Shown one piece after another: positions 56,433 to 64,000 of a DNA stretch of 64,000 bases; the stretch's first letter is position 1, and each line of letters starts with the position of its first letter. A program made the position numbers and the translations under genes. Under the pieces are notes generated by a model, which was not told the origin of the DNA, searched no databases, and saw nothing but the letters and a program-made list of their open reading frames with translations. The DNA comes from Thermoplasmata archaeon (lineage in GTDB: Archaea; Thermoplasmatota; Thermoplasmata; RBG-16-68-12; JAFNFQ01), in the NCBI GenBank assembly GCA_041489255.1, contig JBGPQV010000001.1, forward strand, positions 128,001 to 192,000, read 5' to 3'.

Positions 56433-59400
56433 ATGGCCAACTGGCGAACAGCTTCAGCGCTAGTCATGACGTTGACTTTGACCGCGTGCTTCTTCTCGAC
56501 GCTGACCGTGACCGCTCAGAGGGCGATTGCAGTCGTCATCCCGGGTGAAGCCATCTACGTGGACGGAAGCGGATATTCCTATACTTCCCACATGATGACC
56601 TCGCAAGAGATGCTGGAGATGCAGAAGGTCGTCGGTGTCAGGGAACCTGGAAGGAACTACAACATCATCTTCGACGGGCACGGCACGGGCCTGGCACCGC
56701 CGACGGAGGAGGAATGGGCCCGGATGGTCGGGCAATTCGTCATCGTTGACTCCGTCGCACCGAAAGGATTGCTCGCGGCATCGGTCGATCTCTCGGCCAA
56801 CCCGACGTTCCCGAAGGTTGGCGACCAGCAGTGGCAGGGATCCTGCGCAGCGTGGGCCGCGACGTATTATGGCTATGGCTACATCGAGGCGACTGACAAC
56901 GGTTGGACCGATGCGAAGATTGGAGCCTCGGACCACCTGATGTCGGCGGCGTGGACCTACAACAAGGTCAACGGCGGCGGCGATGGCGGTTCATGGATGT
57001 CAACGAATATGGACATAATCCGCGACTGGGGCGGGGCGACATTGGCGACGATGCCCTACAACCCGAGCGACCCAATCAGCTGGGGTTCCATGGCGGCATT
57101 CAGGGAGGCGCCGCTCCACAGGGCCAGCGAAGTGAGGGGCATTGGTTATCTCGGCCAGACGACGGTCGATACCGTCAAGACGCTCATCTCCTCTGGCACG
57201 CCTATCACGTTCGCATTCGACGCGAGTCAGTACGATCCAGCTTTCGCGGATGGCAACTGGATCATGTCCTCCAAAGAATACAGTTCCTTGGGGCTGAACC
57301 ACGCGCAGACGATCGTTGGTTATGATGACTCCATACAGGACGATGGCGAGAAGGGCGCATTCAGAGTCGTGAACTCTTGGGGCACGTACTTCGACGGCGG
57401 CTTCTACTGGCTGACGTACGACGCATTCAAGGAGATGGGCTCGATAGGCGTGCTCAACCTGACTTACATCGTTGACATAACGGATTACGTCCCAAGTCTC
57501 CTTGCCGTCTGGCACTTCAACACTGCACCGACCAGGTCTGCTGACCCCCAGGTCGGCATCGGTTCGTTCGCCTCGCCGCGAGACTCGAGGATCCCCGTTT
57601 TCGCGCACGAGAACGGCCACAGGTTCCCGACGTTCATGGCGCTCGACATGACCGATTTCAGGGCCGACTACGATGCCGGCTACATCGACTTTTTCCTCAG
57701 CGTCGGGATTTCTGCCTCGGCCGGCGTGATATCGGACTTCAAAGTGGAATCCTACGACGGCGGGTACACGCCGGGGCGGCCGACTCAGGTTTCAGGACAA
57801 TCTCCGGAAGTGCCGAGGACGACGCCGAATATTGTGACAAACCAGCTGCGGCATTATGCCGGCATTCCAACGGACGTAGCGCTCGACATGAAGGGGCTGG
57901 TTTTCAGCTCCAACACGTTGGTCACATGGACGGCGGTGGACCACCACTCCTACCGTGGGGGCTCGTCCATGCAGAGCGGCGACGTGGGGGACCTAGAGAC
58001 CTCGGACATGCAGACGTCTGTGATTGGCCCGGTGCAAATATGGTTCGACTGGAAGGTCTCCTCGGAGACCGGCTCAGATTTCTTGTCATTCAGCATCGAT
58101 GCAATGAAGTACGCCGGTATCAGCGGGGATCTGGATTGGCGCCCGATGCACTATTCCATACCGACGGGCCCGCACACGCTCAGGTGGGAGTACGCCAAGA
58201 GCGATGGCACGAGCGAGCGTGGTGACTGCGGGTGGGTCGACAATATCATAATCGACACTGCCCCGCCGGTCACGATGGCCCTCCTGAGCGGGACAATGGG
58301 CCTCGTTGGATGGTACGTGAGTGCGGCGACGATTACCCTGAACTCGGCCGACGAAAACGGCAGCGGCGTGGATTACACCCGGTTCCGCGTTGACGGTGGT
58401 GCGTGGTCGACCTACAACTCTCCCTTCGCGGTTTCGGGGAATGGCCCGCACTTCATTGACTATTACTCGGTCGACCTGGTCGGGAACACGGAAGTCGAAA
58501 AGCGCACCGACGTGAAGATAGACACGGCGGGTCCGGGGACCACGGCGGACCTGAGCGGCACGATGGGTGCGGGCGGGTGGTACGTGACGCCGGTCTCGGT
58601 TTCCCTCGTTGCGACGGATATGGATAGCGGCGTCAGCTGGACGAGGTACAGGATCGATGGCGGCGGTTGGCAGTATGGCAACCTCTGTCTGTTCGACTTG
58701 GACGGGGTGCACCTTATCGAGTTCGAGTCCCAAGACATTGCGGGGAACATGGGGGCTCCTGACTCGGTTGAAATCAAGGTCGACCAGGAGACGCCCGCGA
58801 CAGTCATTTCGGTCACAGGAACGCTTGGCGCCAACGGTTGGTACACGTCTGATGTCGGTTTGTCACTCTCGGCAATCGATGACACCAGCGGGATTGGCTG
58901 GACGGCATATAGGCTTGATTCGGGCGCTTGGCAGCTCTACACAGGTTTCTTCATGATCCTCGCTGACGGCGCGCACACGATTGAGTTCTACTCAGAGGAT
59001 GTGTCGGGGAACAGGGAAATCGTGGCGAACACAGGAATCAGCATAGATCACGATGCACCGACGCTTCAAATCATGCAGACGGACGGCACAGTGTTCAACA
59101 CCGCCTCATTGACCATCACTTGGAGCGCTCTCGACCTCGTGAGCGGGCTCGACCGCATAGAGACAAGCCTCGACGGGGCTCCGTTCGCTGTGCAGCCATC
59201 GGGCGCGATGTCGCAACAGCTCTCCGGACTGTCCGAGGGTCTGCACATCATCACGATCAGGGCGGTTGATGCAGCGGGACTCTCCACGGAGAAATCAATC
59301 GGGTTCATCGTCGATAGTCTGGCGCCAATAACGGACAATGCGGTTGCGGGGACAAACGGACAGAACAGCTGGTTCGTCTCTCCCGCCGTGGTGACCCTGT

Positions 59401-60329
59401 CTGCGATCGATGCGACGACTGGAGTGAAGAACACCCACTACCGCATCAATGGCGGTCTGTGGCAATTATACACGGCGGGAATAAATGTCGCCGCCGACAG
59501 GACGAATATCATCGAGTATTACTCGACCGACAATGCAGGTAACACCGAAAGCATCGACAGGATAAATGTGGGGCTCGACACCGTCGACCCGGCGAGCACG
59601 ATCAGCCTGGACTCGATGATGGGGCAAAACGATTGGCACATCAGTGCGGCGACGTACACGATAACCGCCGCGGATGCGACGAGCGGTCTAAGTCGGACCA
59701 TGTATAGGATCGACGGCGGTTCATGGACCAACTACGTGGGCCCGTTTGCGATAACAGCCGACGGAACGCACTTCATCGATTACTATTCGCAGGACGTTGC
59801 TGGACACATCGAGACCACACAAAGCACGTTCATCAAGATGGACTGCGCGGCACCGATAATCGAGATCGATTCCCCGATGGGCGATGTCGATGTTTCCAAC
59901 GTGAACATCGTGTGGCGGGGGCACGACTACGTGTCGGGCCTCGATCGCGTCGAGTTGAGCGTGGATGGCGGTGCCTTCGAGAACCAAGGGACCGCTACGA
60001 GTGCGGAACGCAGTCTTGTCAACGGCAACCACACGATTATCCTGAGAGCTTTCGACAAGGCAGGGAACATGGCGGAGAAGCAGATGGGCTTCGGCGTCCG
60101 CAGTCTTGCGAGCGCCAATCCAGACTCCACGCAGAATGTCCCGCCATGGACCGTCTACGCCCTCCTTGCGGGGATAATCGCCTCGTTGTCCATGCTCGTC
60201 ATCGTCGCCTTGGCACGAAGGAGGAGGCAGCCGGAGCAGAAGACGACTCAGCCACGCAGACTCCCACCACCGCCTCCTGCGGAGCCGACACAATCGCACA
60301 TAGGGCTCCCACCGCCGCCGACAGACTGA
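56433..60329 (+). CDS. Surface-anchored papain-family (C1A) cysteine protease with five OmpL47-type repeats, Ig-like domains, TM and Pro-rich tail
   Basis: Q..QGSCAAWA, NHAQTIVGYDD and VNSWG catalytic motifs, plus D...P.T.....G..G..GW repeats. Confidence 0.9.
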   Translation: MANWRTASALVMTLTLTACFFSTLTVTAQRAIAVVIPGEAIYVDGSGYSYTSHMMTSQEMLEMQKVVGVREPGRNYNIIFDGHGTGLAPPTEEEWARMVGQFVIVDSVAPKGLLAASVDLSANPTFPKVGDQQWQGSCAAWAATYYGYGYIEATDNGWTDAKIGASDHLMSAAWTYNKVNGGGDGGSWMSTNMDIIRDWGGATLATMPYNPSDPISWGSMAAFREAPLHRASEVRGIGYLGQTTVDTVKTLISSGTPITFAFDASQYDPAFADGNWIMSSKEYSSLGLNHAQTIVGYDDSIQDDGEKGAFRVVNSWGTYFDGGFYWLTYDAFKEMGSIGVLNLTYIVDITDYVPSLLAVWHFNTAPTRSADPQVGIGSFASPRDSRIPVFAHENGHRFPTFMALDMTDFRADYDAGYIDFFLSVGISASAGVISDFKVESYDGGYTPGRPTQVSGQSPEVPRTTPNIVTNQLRHYAGIPTDVALDMKGLVFSSNTLVTWTAVDHHSYRGGSSMQSGDVGDLETSDMQTSVIGPVQIWFDWKVSSETGSDFLSFSIDAMKYAGISGDLDWRPMHYSIPTGPHTLRWEYAKSDGTSERGDCGWVDNIIIDTAPPVTMALLSGTMGLVGWYVSAATITLNSADENGSGVDYTRFRVDGGAWSTYNSPFAVSGNGPHFIDYYSVDLVGNTEVEKRTDVKIDTAGPGTTADLSGTMGAGGWYVTPVSVSLVATDMDSGVSWTRYRIDGGGWQYGNLCLFDLDGVHLIEFESQDIAGNMGAPDSVEIKVDQETPATVISVTGTLGANGWYTSDVGLSLSAIDDTSGIGWTAYRLDSGAWQLYTGFFMILADGAHTIEFYSEDVSGNREIVANTGISIDHDAPTLQIMQTDGTVFNTASLTITWSALDLVSGLDRIETSLDGAPFAVQPSGAMSQQLSGLSEGLHIITIRAVDAAGLSTEKSIGFIVDSLAPITDNAVAGTNGQNSWFVSPAVVTLSAIDATTGVKNTHYRINGGLWQLYTAGINVAADRTNIIEYYSTDNAGNTESIDRINVGLDTVDPASTISLDSMMGQNDWHISAATYTITAADATSGLSRTMYRIDGGSWTNYVGPFAITADGTHFIDYYSQDVAGHIETTQSTFIKMDCAAPIIEIDSPMGDVDVSNVNIVWRGHDYVSGLDRVELSVDGGAFENQGTATSAERSLVNGNHTIILRAFDKAGNMAEKQMGFGVRSLASANPDSTQNVPPWTVYALLAGIIASLSMLVIVALARRRRQPEQKTTQPRRLPPPPPAEPTQSHIGLPPPPTD

Positions 60330-60483
60330 ACGGCGAGGGCTCCGCTCCCAGGATCAATGGCCATCCGGCAATCCGGATGGTTGGGCAGACATCACGCAAG
60401 AATGTTGAGGCTGCTACGTACTGGACCAGACAGGACCAATCATCGTTCGGCGCCCGATTTGACGATCGGAGTCTGCCGCAACC

Positions 60484-61413
60484 CTATGAGGGGCGAGAGC
60501 CGAGAATCACGCTGACCTTGCCCTGCCGCACCGCATCGAGCTCGACCTTGTCGCCCACTTTCCTCGCGCGAAGCCCTTCCAGGAGGTCTCCCAGCCCCGC
60601 CAGAGGTTTCCCGTCCATGGCGAGGATGTTGTCCCCGACCTGCATGCCCGCCTTGTCTGCCGGGCTTCCGGGCGCGACATCTGCGATGAACACCCCGCTC
60701 GGCGCCCACATCCCGTAGTAGTAGGCGGGGCGGCTGTTCGCATCGAAGCCAGTGATTCCAAGCCATGGCCTGATGACCTGCCAGTGCTCGATGATCTGTT
60801 TCGCGATGTCCAAGGCCACCTTGCTCGGTATCGCGAACCCGATTCCCTCTGCGTTCGTCATCACTGCGGTTGTGATTCCGAGCACCCTGCCTTCGAGGTC
60901 GATGAGCGGACCGCCACTGCTCCCGGGGTTCACCGCCGCGTCCGTCTGTATGACCTTGAGCCCCCCGCCGGGGTACATCTGCAGGCTCCTCGTGAGCGAG
61001 CTCACGATGCCCGACGTGACCGTCGGTCCGCCAGGCATGCCGAGCGGGTTGCCTATTGCCAGAATCGGCTGCCCGACCTTCACTCCGTCCTCGTCCTTGA
61101 ATTCCGCGGGCGGGATGCTCAGGCCCTCGACTTTCACCACAGCGATGTCGGTCTCCTCGTCACCGCCCACCACGGCGCCGCTGAGGACCTTCCCATCCGC
61201 AAGCGTCACGATTATCCTCTCAGCCCCGTCGACGACGTGATAGTTCGTCAGGATGTGCCCCTTGCTGTCCAGCACAACGCCCGAACCGACTCCACGCCGC
61301 CAGTACCGCGTCCAAGGCGGTCCGTGAAACGCACTCGCGCTGCTTATGCTCACTGTGCTCGCCGACGCCTTTTCAACGGCCTTCGTGTAGGCTTCTTCAA
61401 GTTGGGTCATCAT
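60484..61413 (-). CDS. HtrA/DegP-like serine protease with one PDZ domain, no signal peptide
   Basis: GSGVV, LTNYHVV, DIAVVK, QTDAAVNPGSSGGPL and GSPADKAG motifs. Confidence 0.92.
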   Translation of the reverse strand: MMTQLEEAYTKAVEKASASTVSISSASAFHGPPWTRYWRRGVGSGVVLDSKGHILTNYHVVDGAERIIVTLADGKVLSGAVVGGDEETDIAVVKVEGLSIPPAEFKDEDGVKVGQPILAIGNPLGMPGGPTVTSGIVSSLTRSLQMYPGGGLKVIQTDAAVNPGSSGGPLIDLEGRVLGITTAVMTNAEGIGFAIPSKVALDIAKQIIEHWQVIRPWLGITGFDANSRPAYYYGMWAPSGVFIADVAPGSPADKAGMQVGDNILAMDGKPLAGLGDLLEGLRARKVGDKVELDAVRQGKVSVILGSRPS

Positions 61414-61561
61414 TGTGATTGCCTCGACGATGATATGGCGGGCCGGGGCTTTGTTGACTAGATACTCGTTACCCTAGTCACACGCACGGCGGGAAACCCT
61501 GCCCTTCCGAAGAGTCGGAACCCGAGGAGTTCATAAACCTCGCCTGCCTATTTTCTATCAG

Positions 61562-62161
61562 ATGAATTCTGAGCGCGAAATGACAGATGCGGGCGTCTCG
61601 TTATCTCAGGAGATCGGCCTCCGCGAACACGACAAGGAAGTCCTCGCGTTCCTGTCGCAGAACCCCTCGTCGATGATGGGTTTCCAGGGACTCAAGAGGC
61701 GACTGGGCATCCACTCCGAGCAGCTCTCGAGGGCGCTGCGGCGGCTTTCCGCCGACGGCTTCGTCGAGCAGACCGAACTTGGCTACCGCGTCACGCAAAA
61801 GGGCCTCACGATCCTGGATTCGGAGGTCATGACGGAGGACCACGCGGGCATCACGATCTTGCAGACCTACATGCCGGGGAATATGGACGCCCGTGAGGCA
61901 GTTGCGGTTCTGAAAGGCAGCTGGATTGGTCCGCTTCGCTGGCAGGGGCTGACCGAGTCTCCTGACGGTCTTCGACTCTCATGGATCACCGAGGATGGGA
62001 ATGTGCAGCTCGACGCGACGATCCGCGGAGGGCAGCTGGCCATTTCGGCGGTCACAACGTTCCACGAGCGTGTGGACGAGGCGGTCAGATTGGGCCATCT
62101 TCTGTTCAACCGTATTTCCCGAGCCGCGTCCGGTGAGGAATTCCGCAGCGTGAGCGCCTGA
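61562..62161 (+). CDS. Winged-helix domain protein
   Basis: FQGLKRRLGIHSEQLSRALRRL..DGFV......Y..T.KG pattern. Confidence 0.78.
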   Translation: MNSEREMTDAGVSLSQEIGLREHDKEVLAFLSQNPSSMMGFQGLKRRLGIHSEQLSRALRRLSADGFVEQTELGYRVTQKGLTILDSEVMTEDHAGITILQTYMPGNMDAREAVAVLKGSWIGPLRWQGLTESPDGLRLSWITEDGNVQLDATIRGGQLAISAVTTFHERVDEAVRLGHLLFNRISRAASGEEFRSVSA

Positions 62162-62207
62162 GAATCCGTTCAATCGAGGGTGGATTGCCTACCGATCATT
62201 GGCGTCC

Positions 62208-62374
62208 TGTCAAATCCCGTGATCACTTTCTTGGAGAGACCGCGATGACCCCTCATGCCCAGGCTGACGCAGGGGCAGGTCGCACGGATAATCGACGCGA
62301 TGGAAGATGGGGTCAAGTCTGTGTACTCGATCGCTGAGTTCAGATCCGAAGAAGGTCCTCAGAGGAGATTGTGA
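62208..62374 (+). pseudogene. Possible IS481-like transposase N-terminal remnant (39-aa ORF 62255-62374) with TGT-initiated end
   Basis: MPRLTQGQVARIIDAMEDGVKSVYSIA resembles, from recall, the N-terminal HTH of archaeal IS481-type transposases. Preceded by TGTCAAATCCCGTGATC. Confidence 0.3.
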
Positions 62375-62485
62375 GGTGTCTCGAGGAGGCAAACCGCAGG
62401 AATCGGCTGGATGGCGGAGCGCTCATAGACCGATGGAGGGACTCCGGGATGAGCGTCACGTGCCTTCACGCTCTTGCAGCACGCA

Positions 62486-63150
62486 GTCGGACGATTCGCA
62501 GGACTCCTCAGACGACCCGCACGGCATTCCGCACGGTCCATGCATACTTACAGAGACTCAAAACCTACTTCCAGACGACTGTCCGGGACCTCCAGACGAT
62601 CCTCTGGGACCTCCAGAAGGATCTCTCGCGTTCCCAGACGACCTTCTTGGACCATCAGAGGCCCGAACGGGGGTCCGGACGACCCGAACCGACCGCCAGA
62701 CGACTCTCTGATACCTCCAGAGGATCGTTCGCGACCTCCAGAGGACTGTCCGGGACCTCCAGAAGACCGTCTGGGGATTCCAGACGACCGTCTGGCGGTA
62801 GCGGAGGGGCGTAGGAGGGGGGTCAGGGCCCTCTGGCACCTCCAGAGGATTGTCTGGGACTCGCTTCGGATCGTCTGATGGTTCCTCCGGACCGTCTGGC
62901 GTTGTCGGAAGACTGTCTGGCGGTTCCAGACGACCGTCCGAGACTCCGTTCGAATCCGCTGGATAAGGGATTGGATCGGCTGAAGATGCGTTCGGGTGTT
63001 CTCACACCCCGCCAGGACCAGCTTGATATTGGATTGAGTCGGCTGGAGGTGTGTCAGAGTGGTCTCAAGGTCCGCGAGGGTCCGCTGGGATTGGACGCGG
63101 ATCGTCGAGAGGTGGAATCCAATCGGCTGATGGACGCTCTTCCGTGTCTG
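62486..63150. repeat. Degenerate tandem 21-bp repeat array (~30 units), consensus TCCAGACGACCGTCTGGGACC
   Basis: (T)CCAGA recurs at 62570, 62591, 62612, 62633, 62695, 62716, 62737, 62758, 62779, 62841 and 62925. A variant GGATTG...CGGCTG recurs at 62968 and 63031. Confidence 0.85.
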
Positions 63151-63458
63151 CTGGAATCCTGCAGATAGACTGGTCCTGCCCACGGCAGGAAAGGGTCAAC
63201 AGAGGGCTTCCTCCAATGAAAATGGAAAGAGAAAAAAACCTCCCCCCTTGGCGAGGGGCTTGGGATGTGTGAGTTCGCAACCGCCAATCGGCGCTGCTTC
63301 GTCGCCTCTGGGGCAAGGACCCTGAAAAGACCAATGGAACGTGCAGCATGACTCCGTTCGCCTCCAGGAGACCAATCACAGGATTGCCCGTCGATCATCA
63401 GCTTCCATAAGTGTTAACTACTCTCCAAGTCGTCCCGCATCGGGGAATAAGCTTGGGC

Positions 63459-64000
63459 ATGGAGGCAGTCGCTCGCGAGGCGGGGGCGCAGCTTGGGTTG
63501 AGATTGAACGATGGCACAGCCTGGGGTCGCTGGAACGATTTTCTCGTCCGCATCCAAGGGACACCGACCTTGTCGCAGACCCAATACATCTCGATGGCTG
63601 TGATCCTGCCGCCCGGCACGGTCATGCAGTCCCTGAACGCGATCATCTCGAACAAGGAAATGTGGAAGAACCTCGGATTGAAACATGCGATGGTCAGGCT
63701 CGATTCCCAGTACGGGATCGTCAACTACATTCTGATGCCGGCGATTCGCACGCCGAAAGTGGAGGATGTCCTCGATACCTTCAGGAAGTTCACCACAGCC
63801 CTGAAACCTGTCATTCCCTCATATCCATCCAAGTGCGAGAAGTGCGGCAGGGATGTCAATCGCCTGATCCTCGTGAACAGCGTCCCTGTGTACATGTGCG
63901 ACGACGATCTCGCGAAGCTGCAGCAGCAGTTCACCCAAGTGGCGGCCATCGACCGCGCGACCAAGCCGAGATGGGGCCTTGCGATCGCAATGGGATTGCT
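63459..64000 (+). CDS. Hypothetical protein with CxxC motif and start of a TM segment, truncated by window end
   Basis: Open frame MEAVAREAGAQLG...KCEKCG...YMCDD...PRWGLAIAMGL runs off the window. Not in the ORF track. Confidence 0.75.
   Translation, partial: MEAVAREAGAQLGLRLNDGTAWGRWNDFLVRIQGTPTLSQTQYISMAVILPPGTVMQSLNAIISNKEMWKNLGLKHAMVRLDSQYGIVNYILMPAIRTPKVEDVLDTFRKFTTALKPVIPSYPSKCEKCGRDVNRLILVNSVPVYMCDDDLAKLQQQFTQVAAIDRATKPRWGLAIAMGL

Noticed and set aside
62486-63150. CRISPR array
   Set aside because: Units are contiguous and degenerate, there are no unique spacers, and no cas genes lie in the window.
62548-63183. 211-aa repeat ORF as a real gene
   Set aside because: The heptad pattern switches frame midway and similar ORFs appear in several frames, so it was treated as a repeat array.

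Overview
Archaeal chromosome segment, most consistent with a Thermoplasmatota (Thermoplasmata) genome. This assignment is inferred from TBP, Rpo11, PriL, deoxyhypusine synthase, eL41, BHB-intron tRNAs and TATA-type promoters. Housekeeping genes (tbp, lhr, rpoL, truD, dys, rpl41e, AK6-type kinase, CDP-alcohol phosphatidyltransferase, priL, pduO) are interleaved with four giant repeat-rich surface/secreted proteins, a peptide ABC transporter with an oversized permease and no binding-protein gene, proteases and several long coiled-coil proteins. The most unusual region is 23.1-27.7 kb: three identical copies of tRNA-Arg(TCT) sequence (two complete, one 5'-truncated) bracket two diverged DUF2019-like genes. 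A third small foreign-looking gene, a DUF6266-like gene and an internally deleted IS6 element follow, so the region resembles a tRNA-anchored array of single-gene cassettes with no integrase in the window. Other highlights are a tRNA-Ile2(CAT) with a T-loop (59/60) intron, a tRNA-Trp intron encoding its own box C/D guides, a ~30-unit phased 21-bp palindromic repeat array near 62.5-63.1 kb, and an uncharacterised domain nested inside two unrelated giant proteins. Family names come from motif recognition only; no searches were run.
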